A stretch of 64,000 nucleotides of DNA, taken from NCBI GenBank assembly GCA_026026165.1, contig JAPEUD010000009.1, forward strand, positions 372,001 through 436,000, given 5' to 3'. The notes under the pieces were generated by a model that saw only the letters and a program-made list of their open reading frames with translations, was not told the DNA's origin and did no database searches. Position 1 is the stretch's first letter. Each line of letters opens with the position of its first letter. This stretch comes from Sarea resinae (taxonomy: Eukaryota). Position numbers and translations under genes: made by a program. Below are positions 13,205-26,161 of the stretch, in pieces.

Positions 13205-14671
13205 TCAATCACTTTCGTCATCACTCCCATACGCTACCAGGGGCCCCATAGGCTTCGCAGCCGGCGCCCTGCTCGAGAACGCCGCCCCGCCCTGTTCGGA
13301 TCCCGCCACGACACCATAGCCCTTGAGCGCCGCCAGCGTAGAGCTGGAAAGGATACCGCCTCCACCGCCACCATCGCCACCATCACCACCATCAGTAGTC
13401 CCTCGTTGGAAGTTGCCGGCCGACTCCATGGCCTCGGTACTGCCGTCTCCATCCTCGATCATGAAACGTCCCTCGGGCCCCTCCAGCTGCCGTAATTCTT
13501 CCTCTTCCCGGCTTCGTGCATACCACACCGCATCAGGTGCCTCGTAGCCTTGTAGTCCAAAGCCTCCCTCGATCTTCTTCCGCTTCCTAGCCTCCGGGTC
13601 CCTGCCCTCGATCTCGGCGACGAACTCAGCAGGTAGTGCGCGTCGCACGGCTTCGGCGGCTTGCTCTTCGATGCGGTGGGCTTCACGCTTTTGGGCTAGC
13701 GGATTCGGGTCCACGGTCGCCCAGCGCACATTCAAGATCTCAGAGTGGTCCAACGCTTGGTGTGCCATCGCCTCTTTTGCGAATTGCGAGTTGGCTTCGT
13801 TCAGATACGTGATGAATGCTACGCCGCGGGATGTGAGCACACGGACTGTGAATGCATATGTTAGCCAAAGCCTAGATCTGATCGGATTTGCTCTCCTTGA
13901 TAAATCGTTATTGTACGAGGAGCTGCCGCCGCCGCCAAAGGTGGGAAAGGCTGGGAAAGGGGGGGAATGAATAAGAGATGCAACAGACGTACTTCGTTCA
14001 ATTTGACCCCACTCCTGGAAATGCCTCGCGACGACCTCCTCGATATCATCCGTGACGTGGATCCTACCCACGTACAACGTGCGATTCTGACGCATGAAGC
14101 TGCCCACGCCACCCATGTCATCGCGATAATCACTGTGCTTGTCCCGGCCAAAGCAGTCGACATTGGGATTGAAGAGATCATGGATGCCCGGTAGGCGATG
14201 AAGATACTGGCACTCGTGACCCTTCGGACACAGGCCCCTCGCGAAGAAGAGACAGAAGTACGATCCGGGCACCTTGTCAGCGCGCGTGTAGCCCGAGTCG
14301 CGCGCGATGTTGCAACGAGAAGTGGCCGCGGTCTTGGACAAGTATTTGTCCTCGCGGTCGCCGCCCGACCATTTATTGTACCAGATGTTGAAGATGGTGC
14401 CGGTTTGGGGTGGAGGTTCGGATTTGACGGTGGAGGGGTCGACTTGGACGCGGGCTGGGCGGCGCTTCTTGCGGATGAGTTTCTTGGGTCTGCATTCGCC
14501 AATTTCGGTCGTCGTTGTAAGAGTTGAGTCGGTGGTGGCGGTGGTGGTCTGCTGCACCGGTGAGGTTGGTGGTGGAGGTGATGCTGATGGTGTCGGTGAT
14601 CTCGTTGGCCTCTCAGCGCTTTCAGTGGCCGATGCCATGGTGGATGGTATTGCAGCTTCAACTTCTGTCAT
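13205..14671 (-). CDS. CWC2: Pre-mRNA splicing factor Cwc2 (Torus/CCCH zinc finger + RRM)
   Basis: FNIWYNKWSGGD, CLFFARGLCPKGHECQYLH, DCFGRDKHSDYRDDMGGVGSF and an RRM. Intron 13846-13992. Start could instead be 14638. Confidence 0.93.
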   Translation of the reverse strand: MTEVEAAIPSTMASATESAERPTRSPTPSASPPPPTSPVQQTTTATTDSTLTTTTEIGECRPKKLIRKKRRPARVQVDPSTVKSEPPPQTGTIFNIWYNKWSGGDREDKYLSKTAATSRCNIARDSGYTRADKVPGSYFCLFFARGLCPKGHECQYLHRLPGIHDLFNPNVDCFGRDKHSDYRDDMGGVGSFMRQNRTLYVGRIHVTDDIEEVVARHFQEWGQIERSTSVASLIHSPPFPAFPTFGGGGSSSYNNDLSRRANPIRSRLWLTYAFTVRVLTSRGVAFITYLNEANSQFAKEAMAHQALDHSEILNVRWATVDPNPLAQKREAHRIEEQAAEAVRRALPAEFVAEIEGRDPEARKRKKIEGGFGLQGYEAPDAVWYARSREEEELRQLEGPEGRFMIEDGDGSTEAMESAGNFQRGTTDGGDGGDGGGGGGILSSSTLAALKGYGVVAGSEQGGAAFSSRAPAAKPMGPLVAYGSDDESD

Positions 14672-16103
14672 GCCGGGGAGATGAGTGACGTTATGAGGGT
14701 GGTGTCGAACAGTGTCCAAAGTGAGGTTCAAGTTGAAGAACTTGGAGTTGAAGATTATCAGATCAAGCAAGCTCGCCGCTCGGGTACGAACGACTACTCC
14801 GTACTACTATTACTACTACGACTACTGCCACCTAACAGCGGCACCACCATATGATCACGACAGGTTAGCGTTGCACTCGCTCGTCCGCAAAGTGTGGTGC
14901 TCTTCAGTTGCCACTTTAAGCATTATCAATTTCCGCTATGCTATATAACACGGCATTCTTATGATCAGAGACCAATTTGGCAGAGAACCTCCATCACGGA
15001 TTGGAATCATACGTCTTGGCTCTGCGACCATTCCGCAGCCAATCTTTCGTATCTGCGAGCCAGTCGTTCAATACGGGTCACATATGTCGGCCAACCTCTC
15101 ATTCTTGCGACAGCTCTTTAGTCCCAGGGATTGGATAATATAAATTCTGTCACTCAGGGGTCCTCTATGGCCCAAGATGTGTTGCAATGGGATAGCGGAG
15201 CATCAGGCATCGTGCTCCCGCCAAAGATGGGCAGGAACGGCTTCGAAGGCAAGCCGGTCGCATTTTACCAGTCCCCAAACTCCTTCGCATACTTCTAGAG
15301 GTGGAATTCGTCCCGGCATCTGCTCCCCTCAGATCAAGCCTCGAATGCTATTGGAAATGCCCGATCTCGGCCCATCATAGTGTTATCGTCTGGAAAGCTT
15401 TTGTGCCTTCGAATACCCCTAGGCCAAACCGGACGATGCTTTCTCGGCCTCTCAAAGCCCCCCACATATCCCATCCACGCTCTTCTGGCAGTCTTTGATC
15501 CTTTTCACCAACACTCCCAGCAGCCTCTCCTTGACCGTCAACGCCCGCTCCTAGCCCCAGTTCAGGGCCTCAACCATGACGGTCACTGAGGTTGTAACAA
15601 GAACGATGACGATATGTTGCCCTGTCCCTGAAATCGTGGTGCAACAGGATGAAAAGGGGTGAGGATTGGCCGAGACGGTCGCCTTTGGTTTCACAATACT
15701 ACTTTTACAACTGCAAGTGGAGGTAGTCGCGGTCGATATTGGACCAACCCGTGGAGACAAGAGGCCTGGCTTTGTGGACTGCATTACATGGTAGTGGCCG
15801 AGTGGAGGCATCATATATTGTAGGGCGCGAGGACGTAGGTCTCTTCCGTAGACGGGCACCGGGGGCTGTTTACGGGCCAGAGTAACGAAGTGAACTTTCA
15901 CCCAATCAGATGTGCTGATTCACTTACCGCCTTATCGATTTCTGATGTAGCGACAACGAGATACTTCCCCACCAAGATCAGTATTTTGATCGGATCAGAC
16001 CTCAAGTAGCAGACGAGACTGGTAGAAGATCGCATAGTGCGCGCTTCAGGAGCTGTTGATATTCATTCTCTACGTTTGCATTTGCGGTCGACGGTCGATC
16101 AAG

Positions 16104-17703
16104 ATGGTGAACATTACGGAGAAGATCAAGGAGTAAGCTCGCACAAGGCCCCAAAAGTTACCTATCTTACAGAATCCGTGAGGCGCTAACTATGGTCGAA
16201 GGATCGAGGAGGAGATGAGGAGGACACAAAGTAAGAGAGCTCTGACTTGTGCCCCATCAATGCGTATAAGCTGACCAGGCGCAGAGAATAAGGCTACAGG
16301 TAAAGCTCAACGATCGTCGATACCGGGCCTTACACACCAAAACTAACAACTCTTTCCAGAGTATCATCTTGGACTTCTGAAAGGGTCAGTCATCGAGCGC
16401 ATACCTAGAAATCTGAAAACAATGCTGAACATGCGGCAGAAAGCTTGCACGATACAGAGCGCAACTTCTTGAGCCTGCGCCAGGGGCCGGCTCTGGTGGT
16501 GGGGCGGGTTTCGATGTCAGCAAAAGCGGAGATGCTCGAATAGCCTTGGTGGGGTTTCCATCTGTCGGCAAATCCACGTTCCTGTCCAAGATCACGAAAA
16601 CGAAAAGCGAAGTAGCGGCATACTCTTTCACCACATTAACGGCTATCCCTGGTGTTCTCGAGTATGGGGGTGCTGAGATACAAGTTCTCGATCTGCCGGG
16701 TATCATTGAAGGTGCTGCCGAGGGCAAAGGACGAGGAAGACAGGTCATCTCAGCAGCCAAGGTGTGCACTTCCGCCTCTTGAATATGTGGCTCATTGCTG
16801 ATTCTACAAAGACGAGCGATCTCATTCTGATGGTGCTGGATGCCACCAAAAGAGCGGAGCAGAGAGCTCTGCTGGAAGCTGAACTAGAATCCGTCGGCAT
16901 ACGGCTGAACTGTGAACCTCCGTCAGTACTTGCACTTTCTGAAGCCTTGATGCACCATGCTAATTTCAGCAGCAATATCTATTTGAAGCAGAAGAAAGCT
17001 GGTGGCATGAAGATCACCTTTCAAGCCACCCCGAAGAACTTAGACGAGAAAATGCTCTACAATATCCTCCGAGACTACAAGATGCTCAATTGTGAAGTGC
17101 TTGTGAGAGACGAGAATGGTATCTAAGATGTCGATTGACTATTGTTTGTGCATCTATACTGACCGTCATAGCAACGGTGGACGACTTTATCGATGTGATC
17201 ATGAAGGATCACCGCAAATACATTAAATGGTATGTGCCGTTCGAGCACCCAAACCTCTCTTACTAACACAGACTCAGCCTGTATGTCTACAATAAGATTG
17301 ATAGTGTCAGTCTGGACTTTCTGGATCAATTAGCCCGAGAACCACATACGGTCGTCATGAGCTGTGAGCTTGACCTGGGGATTCAAGATGTCGTGGATCG
17401 GTGCTGGACGGAACTCCAGTTGATCCGCATCTACACCAAAAGGTAGAGTACTAATGCCCTGGGAGCATTTGAGGTCTTTGTTGACAGCTTTGCAGAAAGG
17501 GAGTCGACCCCGACTTTTCCGAGGCGCTGATCGTCCGTAATCATTCGACGATTGAAGATGTCTGCGACCAGGTGCATCGTACATTAAAGGACACCTTCAA
17601 ATATGCTCTTGTCTGGGGCGCGAGCGCGAGACATGTCCCGCAGCGGGTCGGCCTCAGTCATATGGTGGCGGACGAGGATGTTGTCAGCATCGTCGCCAAG
17701 TAA
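16104..17703 (+). CDS. RBG2: Developmentally regulated GTP-binding protein DRG2/Rbg2
   Basis: Spliced [40 protein letters not shown]-loop [17 protein letters not shown] and a C-terminal TGS domain. Nine introns. Confidence 0.92.
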
Positions 17704-17973
17704 CGTAACGGAATGGAGGGGCCGTAAACGAATGGATGGTGGACGGGGGCACGAAGGCACGAAGGCATTGCATCCGGTTGGCGTTGGCGCATTCCTCGAC
17801 CGGGAGCCCATTGGCGATATGTATCTGGAGTAGACATCGATGTACAGCACTGTTCCTACTACGAAGCATTTCCTTTCATGATTGAATTGTTCCTACGACA
17901 ATTTCCCATCCATGGATGGTGTTGATGTTCCTACTACTGGGCGGAAGTGGCGGGCCCGCCGTCGACGATGGGA

Positions 17974-17986
17974 TTCTCGAATCTTC
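17974..17986. promoter_or_regulatory. Heat shock element upstream of the SIS1-type DnaJ gene
   Basis: TTCtcGAAtcTTC is a perfect three-unit nGAAn array about 540 bp upstream of the ATG. A second near-match TTCtcGGAtcTTC is at 18181-18193. Confidence 0.6.
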
Positions 17987-18528
17987 TCCGCTCGATTGGC
18001 TGAGGGGTATGGAACATGGAACGTCACTGTTCGCCTGTCCGCCCGCTCGCCTCTGACCGCTCTCCTGCCCAGTCCGACAACACCAAGCCTGATTTGACAG
18101 ACAAATACCACCGCTGCACCACCCACGACCAGACCAACTGATCTTCCCTCTCGTTGCTCTCGTGCGATTCGACTCTTCTCTTCTCGGATCTTCTCCCATC
18201 GCAATACCAGTCAACAGCGATAATAAAACACCATCACGGTGCTCTGTCACTGCCGCCAGACGGAGCAGAGCTGCTGCATCTCCTCCCACACGCATCAGAA
18301 GACAGTCGGCGCTATACTAGCATCAGACGAGGCCCAAACCGTCACGCCTGTCGAACCACATCCGAACCTCCCCCCACTCCCATTTCTCTCATATCACCCA
18401 GGACCTCCGGATAGAATAGAGCAACTGCAAATCTCGAGCATCTTGCAGACCGCCGTCATCCTTTTCTCTCCCGCCATCCTACATCGATCCGACCCCGCCT
18501 CCTCAGCAAACAATCCGTGGCTTCCAGC

Positions 18529-19854
18529 ATGGTTGCAGAGACGAAGTTGTACGATCAATTAAGCATCAAGCCTGATGCATCACAAGATGAAATTAAGAAA
18601 GCATACCGGTTCGTACCTCCCCCCCGCCTCGATGAAGCATGCTTCCTGGCAGCGAACTGACACGTGCCTTGCCTGCAGGAAAGCTGCCCTAAAATGGCAT
18701 CCGGATAAGAACAAAGACAATCCCAATGCCTCGGAGAAGTTCAAAGGTACGGCAGTCCTATTCCCCAGGGCTCCAAATTGGCAAGGCTAACGGAATGATG
18801 TTGCAGAGGTGTCTCAAGCCTACGAAATCCTGTCAGACCCCGAAAAGAGAAAGACATACGATCAATTCGGTCTCGACTTCATACTTCGTGGCGGTGCACC
18901 AGCGCCTGAAGAGGCTGCTGGCGGAGCTGCCGGAGCCGGCGCCGGCGGGCCACAATTCTCCAGTGCTGGTGGATTCCCTGGCTTCGGTGGCATGGGTGGC
19001 CCTGGAGGACGGACATTCCATTTCTCAAGCTCCGGCGGTAGAGGCGGAGGGGGCGCATTCAATTTTAGCGATCCAACGAGCATTTTCTCCGAGTTTCTGC
19101 GGTCCGATTCGGGTGGCTTAGGAGATGATGCGGACTTTCTCGCAAATTTTGGTGGCGGACGGCGCTCTGGAGGCATGGGCGGTGCCTTTGGAAGCGGCGC
19201 CAGATTTGGCGACCCGAATGGTGCGGCTGGTGCGAGACCACGACCGGAACAGCCGACGATGGAGGTAACGACAGTGGAGAGGCCGTTGCCGCTGACGCTG
19301 GAGGAGCTGTACAAGGGCACGCACAAGAAGATGAAGATCAAGCGAAAGACATTCGACCAAGTCACGGGCAAGCGAAGCGTGCAGGATAAGATACTCGAGA
19401 TGACGATCAAGCCCGGTCTGAAGAAGGGCAGCAAGATCAAATTCAAGGGAGTCGGTGACCAGGAAGAGGGAGGTGTCCAGGACCTCCACTTCATCGTTTC
19501 GGAGGTAAGCATTCGAACCATCTCCCGATTTATCGAATTGCATTCTGATCCCTCTAACAGAAGGACCACCCCATCTTTCATCGCGAAGACGACGACATCC
19601 GCTCCATCATCGAGATCGATCTCAAGGAAGCTCTGACAGGCTGGAAACGCACCATCGCCACCATCGACGGCAAGCAAGTCCCTGTCTCATCCTCGGGCCC
19701 CACGGCTCCTGGATGGACGGAACGGTTTCCGGGTCTGGGCATGCCGAAAAGCAAGAAGCCTAGTGAACGAGGTGATTTCATCGTCGAGGTCAAGGTAAAA
19801 TTCCCGACGACGTTGTCAGCGCAGCAAAAGAGTAGGTTGAAAGAGGTGCTATAA
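18529..19854 (+). CDS. SIS1: Class B Hsp40/DnaJ co-chaperone (Sis1/Psi1 type)
   Basis: MVAETKLYD J-domain with HPD motif, a G/F-rich region and a C-terminal peptide-binding domain; no Zn finger; three introns. Confidence 0.92.
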
Positions 19855-20541
19855 TGGAGTGTGGGGTGGCAAGACGAGCGAGACGAGCGTAATGCGGGAA
19901 TGAAATGATTGAGGAGTTCCGCTTCCTGTTCCTGTTTTTGTTCCGGTTCTACGTCTATTTTTCTTTCTCTTCCATTTCTATTCCTCCGGTCCGTCTAGAG
20001 GATGTTACTATATTTCTGGGCCAGCTTCCTGGCCTGTTGCAGCAGCGAGCGGGCGAAGCGTTTATGTACTTGAGTCTTCTGCTCGACGGTGGGCCGGTGA
20101 GGCGTTTGAACAATGGACATCCTTTTCTGCATTTTTTCACATACTCTCGTATCTACGCAAAGCAAAGCAAAGCAGCGCAATGAACGGTCAATGCCTCTTA
20201 TGGTAATGTAAAATACTTATTCTCCAAGGAGGTGGATTGATGTAAGATGTGTTCGAATGAAGACGATTCGCAGTGAGTGAAGCTTTTCGTGGTCCGGCTG
20301 CGACGTCACTGCTTGAATGCGTCGTCGGAGCAACAAGCGACGGGTGTTGTTGACTCGCTCCAACATTTTGTCGAAGCTCCAAGCTCTTTATTTCAGTACT
20401 CAACACCACCAAACTCATAGCTCACAGCTCACGCAACCTCAAAAATCTTCTACCTCTCTATCAAGCACACGATATCCACGTTCGCCCTCAAATCGACCCA
20501 TCATCACTCACCGTCCGTCCCATAATCACCCACCAACAACC

Positions 20542-21083
20542 ATGTCATCCACCGTTCTCTCAGACCGCGACGTCAACGCCTCTGCACCCCAAACCGCTGG
20601 CAACGCCATGGACAAAGTCGGCTCAGATGCCAACAAGCCCAAGTCGATGGAATACCATCGCCAGGTCCTGCAGTCCCGCCTGAATTCCGAGCAGTGAGTA
20701 GTATTCATCATCATCCTCGTCCTCGCAAGTAAGCAACCCAGCAAACGCCAGATGCTAATCTCTCTCCTTGAACCTGACAGGAACACATCGACCTACGTGT
20801 CTCCCTCGGACACGATCATGTCACCGTGCACCAAGAAGCTTTCAGCGTACAAGAACAAGCATTTCATGAAGTGAGCACGCAGATCCTCTTCCTTCTGCCG
20901 ATATAATGGCGATTGGATCACAGCTTTGCTAAACGTCTCTCTTGCTCTAGAGCCAAGCCGCAATCGCTCTTCGCGAAGAAGTCTAAGCCTTTGGGCGGCT
21001 TTGACGCTCCCAAGGACTCCGAGATGGCGAAGAATTCGTCGTCGCCCACCGAAGACACAACGAACAATGCGGCGGAATCATAG
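20542..21083 (+). CDS. Spo12-family protein
   Basis: Three exons give MSSTVLSDRDVN...SMEYHRQVLQSRL...YVSPSDTIMSPCTKKLSAYKNKHFMKAKPQSLF; SPSD-x-IMSPC is the Spo12 motif. Confidence 0.85.
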
Positions 21084-21636
21084 GCTCGGGTGCGCTGCCC
21101 CGGCTATGCCAGATGATGAAAGCGTCCCGAACATAGGAAATCCAACGAGTAGGCCTTGAACCGCTTATACGACAAAGATTGGCGACCGACATCTTTTATT
21201 TTCTCGCATAGACCCCCCAGCACCGCACAGCATAGCCTGATCTCTTGCATTCTTCTTCTTCTTTGCGGTCTTTCTTTTGCGGGTGGCATCATGGGTTACG
21301 GATGATTGATCGGTCTTGTTTCATGTAACTTTGCGAAGGGTGATTGGCACTGGCTGGCGCTGATCCTGGTGTGGAATCATGGCGTGCGGGAATTTCACGA
21401 TGCGAGCATTTGCTAGACTACGGCCTCTTAGATAGATTCAAATGGAATAAATGCATTGTCATTCGCGTGAAGGGTTCTCGATGATCATAGATGGGCATAA
21501 GCAGTGTTCTTTTCTCAACCCAATCAAATCGGACGACACAAAAGCAGAGAAACATTCTTCTTCTTCTCCACCTTCTTCTCCGCCTTTTTCTCCCGTAGAG
21601 TGAGAGGAAAGGTTGACGGTTTTTGGTTGGTTTTCC

Positions 21637-23332
21637 TCACAGCTTCGACTTTCCCCCAACTTCGTATAGACCACACAATTCCTCGCCTCTCCTGGTCTGC
21701 CATAGGATCTTCTCCCTGGAGGCCTTGCCCCTCTTATTCTCGTTCCGGCCCATCTGCATCAGATGAACCTCGTCAGGCCCATCGGCGATGCGCAAGGTGC
21801 GGATCTGGGCCCACATGCTGGCGAGCGGGGTATCCTGACAGACGCCCATGCCGCCAAAGGCCTGGACGGCGCGATCGATGACCTTGAGCGCCATGGTCGG
21901 CACGAGGACCTTGGCCTCGGCGATCTCGAGCAGCGCCGCCTTGGGCGTGGCCGCGTCGATCTTGCACGCCGCGTTCAGCACGATCAGCCGGGCCGCGTCG
22001 ATCTCGAGGCGCGATTCCGCGACCCGTTGGATCAGGACGCCGTGCGCGGAGAGCGGCTTGCCGAAGGGCGTCTTGCTGGGGTCGTTGAGCCGCGAGAGCG
22101 TCCATTCGAGGGCTCGTTCGGCCTGGTCGTCGGTTGGGGGATCAAGTCAGATGGGTCGTTTTTCTTCCAGCGGTTTGTGCATCTCGCGATATGGGGATGG
22201 AAAGGAGTTGGGTTGCTTACTGCTCCGATCGATCGCATCGCGTGATGGATCCGGCCCGGGCCCAGACGGCCCTGTATGATCTCGAAGCCGCGGCCCTCGC
22301 CCAATACCATGTTCGCTGCGGGCACGCGCACGTTGGTGAAAGTGATGTGGCCGTGGCCGTGGGGGGCATCGTCGAAGCCGTAGACGGAGAGCATGCGCTT
22401 GACTGTGATCCCCGGAGTGCCGGCCGGGACCAGGATCACCGACTGCTGTTTGTAGACGTCCGCATGCTGCGGCGATGTCTTGCCCATTACAATGTAGATC
22501 TTGCAGCGCGGGTCACCGGCGCCGCTACTCCACCATTTCTGTGGGAAGATGGTATCAGCGTTTCGAGACCCACGGGATTGAGGGAGTAGTAGAGAAGGAA
22601 GGAAGAGAGATTTGGGCTTGAGAGGGACAAACCGATCCATTGATGACGTATTCGTTGCCTTCTCTTCGCATATCCAGCGTGATGTTCGTGGCGTCGCTCG
22701 ATGCCACGTCCGGCTCGGTCATCAAGAACGCCGATCGGATGTCGCCATTCAATAATGGAGCCAGCCATTCTTTCTTCTGCGCCTCGTTCCCATACTTGGC
22801 CAGCACCTCCATGTTGCCCGTGTCTGGTGCCGCGCAGTTCGTCGCCTGTGATCTTCCATCAGCTGTCTGCGCCGTCGTCATCTCCGCTTTGCTTCAGCAA
22901 GCAAGCAACCAAGCATCCATACCTCGCTGGCTGTCCTCGATTTCCCCAGATATTCCGCCATAAGGCCGTACTCTAGATTGCTGAACCCGGCTCCCTCCTT
23001 GAAGTGGTTTTTCGGCAGGAACATGTTCCACAGCCCCAGCTTCCTGGCTTTTGCTTTGAGGTCGTCGATGACGGACGGGTATTTGCTCCATCGGTCAGCC
23101 CCGACGCCCAGCTGGGCGTGGAAGACGTCGTCGGCAGGAATGCATTCTTCGTCGACGAACTTCTCGACCTGCATGTATGCTTTGTCAGGATCAGGCTTCA
23201 GTTAGTCTTGACATGAACCAAAAAAACGCAGCTTACGATATCGAGAGTCTGCTTGGCTCGTTCGCTGACTTTGTCGCGGGCTAGTATTGGGATCCGATCG
23301 GAAGCTTTGAGAGTGGGTTTGCGGTCGCCCAT
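21637..23332 (-). CDS. Acyl-CoA dehydrogenase (ACAD10/11-like), peroxisomal
   Basis: [55 protein letters not shown]; the protein ends in -SKL (PTS1). Confidence 0.92.
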
Positions 23333-23652
23333 GATCCTCTGAGATAGACGGATCTTTTGGAGCGGATATTGTTTATTGATTCTTTGCCAATGCTCAGCTA
23401 GAGCAGCCTACGAACTATTTTTGAAATTAAGGATGCTGGTAGTGGTCCAATTGCCAGCCAGCAGAGTCTGTTGGATATGGCGAGAGTGGAGTGAGGGTCA
23501 TCCATCAACGAAAGACATGAAAGATGGAGTAGTACATCGAGGGTCGATGATCAATCATACGGCAATAAGTCCGGGGTTTAGTTACTCGATGGCGGGGTGG
23601 GATCATAGTCTGGGGTATTAGCTCCACAGTCCGATCTCTCGGCAATTCCGTG

Positions 23653-23658
23653 CCTCGG
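23653..23658. promoter_or_regulatory. Possible FarA/FarB (CTF1) site CCTCGG
   Basis: CCTCGG lies 320 bp upstream of the peroxisomal acyl-CoA dehydrogenase. It is the core site of fatty-acid regulators in Aspergillus, but a hexamer can occur by chance. Confidence 0.35.
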
Positions 23659-24506
23659 CATCTCACATCCCAACCATGACTGACTGCAGCTGCTTGTGAT
23701 GCTATTATATCAACAACTTCCACCAGGACGAAAATTGCAACTCCAAATCCAACTCTAATAGACCAAAATAGTCTTCACATAGATAAGCATCATCAAGCCT
23801 ACAATCAGCTCTATCATTGTCTGTTGCGACATTCCACTCAGCACAAGGTAACTGGTCAGCCGACTAAGTAAAGAAGAGCAACTATTCTACTTCGCCTTGA
23901 TAGATCCGTATTCCGTATTCTGTATCCGTCTGTATCCGTCTCTATAACCATGTCCTATTCCATCTCAAAGCCGAAGTCAAGTTTCGTATCAGAGTTACAC
24001 ATCCCGTGGGCTTGCCACGCTGTCCGATCGTCAAAGTGAGAGTATATTGCCGGCGTATCAAAACTCAATTGTGTAAGCTCCATGAGGATTTGATTAATCA
24101 GTGCACGATTAAGGAATCTGCACTGCTTTATCGACAAGACTAATAGCAATGCATCGGGTATGCAACTGAGATGAACGCATGCAACGATATGGCAGGATCA
24201 AGAGGCGGGATATAATTAGAAGCGTAAACACCCAGAACATCTCGATATCAGCAGCATCGACGAAGAAAGAGCACTTGGTAGGTGGTCTTTAGAGGAGCCC
24301 AACCTGCACAATCAGATGTGGAGATGTGAAGAACAATCCTTTGGTTGTGATGTGACAGGTCCGCTGGTCGCAAGCACAGCCCATGGATTCGGGTGGATGA
24401 CTAAGCTGTGGCGTTGCTATCCAGCCTCGTCTCTATCATCGCCCGCCATCGTCATCTCGAAATCCACACCACAAAGCAACCTTGACCAGCAAATACAACC
24501 CTCATC

Positions 24507-25563
24507 ATGCCTCGCGCCGAAGTTGGGTCGACCAAATACCTGAACAATAAGCTCAAGTCGAAAGGGTTGCAGAGATTAAGATGGTACTGTCAAGTAAGCT
24601 ATCCCATGTCTTCTCTTTCTGTCTCAACGGCAAGCTAACATGTTTTTTCGTTAGGTCTGCGAGCGCCAGATGCGCGATGAGAATGGTTTCAAATGCCACA
24701 CCCAGTCCGAAGCCCATGTGCGGAATATGCTGCTTGTTGGCGAAGACCCGCGCAAGCACATCAACGACTACAGCAACCAGTTCCAGCGAGACTTTCTGCA
24801 ACTGCTCCGAACGTCGCATGGCGAGAAGAAGGTCCACATGAATCACTTCTACCAGGAGTACATCGGAAACAAGGAGCATGTGCACATGAACGCCACTCGC
24901 TGGCCATCGTTGACCGAATTTGCCAAGCAACTGGGACGGGAGGGTCTTTGCAGGGTTGAAGACAACGAGAAGGGCCTACACATCTCGTGGATCGATAACA
25001 GCCCCGAAGCTCTAAGACGGCAGGATGCGATAAGGAAGAAGGAGAGGCAGGACAAGGGTGACGAGGAAAGGGAGCAGAAGCTGATCAAGCAGCAGATTGA
25101 GCGAGCAAGGCTTGCCGCTGAGGCCCAGGAGAATCCTAGCGGTGATGGTGAAGCCAGGGCTTTGCAGCGGGAGGAAGGTGAAAAGATCAAATTAAACTTT
25201 GGCGTGAAACCCTCGGCGACCAAGTCTCCATCTCCACCAGAAAAGGCCGAGAAAGAGTCGTCGGACAGTGCCACCCCACAGCCGATCGCGTCAGACGCTA
25301 CCACAACTCCTAGCCAGGAGTCAACACCCACGGCAGATAAAAACCCGGTATCGCTGAAGATGGCTCCAAGCAAACCAAAGAACGTCTTCGCTGCCTCGGC
25401 AAAGAAGAATCCGCTCGGCGGCAAGAAGGCATCAGCTTTCGAGAAGCCTAAGAAGCCCATGAGCGAAGCTGAGAGGATCATGAAGGAGGAGATCGAGCGC
25501 AAGCGTGTACGTGAGAACAGTGGATTTGGTGGACTGGGTGCGAAACGACAAAAAGTCATTTGA
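24507..25563 (+). CDS. RTS2: KIN17/Rts2 zinc-finger protein
   Basis: KSKGLQRLRWYCQ|VCERQMRDENGFKCHTQSEAH and HVHMNATRWPSLTEF; one intron. Confidence 0.92.
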
Positions 25564-26161
25564 TAGCATATTGGTATATGTCAAGGGAGTTTTACCGGCA
25601 GGAGCCGTGGGGCCGTGGATGATGGTGGGAGTGGTATGGCGTTCAGCTTATGTTTGGGTATCTCGAGGCGTTTGTTGTAAACCTAGGGCGTATATATCAG
25701 TATTCTAATATATCCGCTTCGAGTCTGACTCGACGGCCGTTTGACATACATAAGCTTCTTACAAGTGATACTTCCTACAGGGTGTATATAGTAGGTGACA
25801 CCCTGACAGCGCCCGCGCTGTTTGCCGCCTACAGGAAGTAAACAAAGGCAATAGACCAGATCACCACGCGGGGGTTTAAAAATCCAATTACAATACGTTT
25901 TACTTCAGTTGACTATGAAACAAGGCAGCGAACCGGAGCAATATTTGGTATTTATCATGATGTGTAATAGACCTGCTGCCCTGACAAGGAAGCAATGTGT
26001 CGGAACATCTACGTAGTACCATACTGTGTAAACACTGAAGCAAGTGAATGTGATCGAGCATCCACGACATAGAAACTCATCAGTTCAGCATAACCACACC
26101 AGTGACTCCGCCCAGCTGCTAGCATATAGGTCTATTCAAACGCAGTTAATCTCAACAGAAA

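Noticed and set aside
14900..15900. Possible gene relic or ncRNA in the CWC2-RBG2 gap
   Set aside because: The frames I translated are stop-interrupted and unrecognisable. I found no telomerase template or RNase P/MRP motifs.
18862..19677. 271-aa antisense ORF over SIS1
   Set aside because: Codon-bias shadow of the sense gene; no recognisable protein features.
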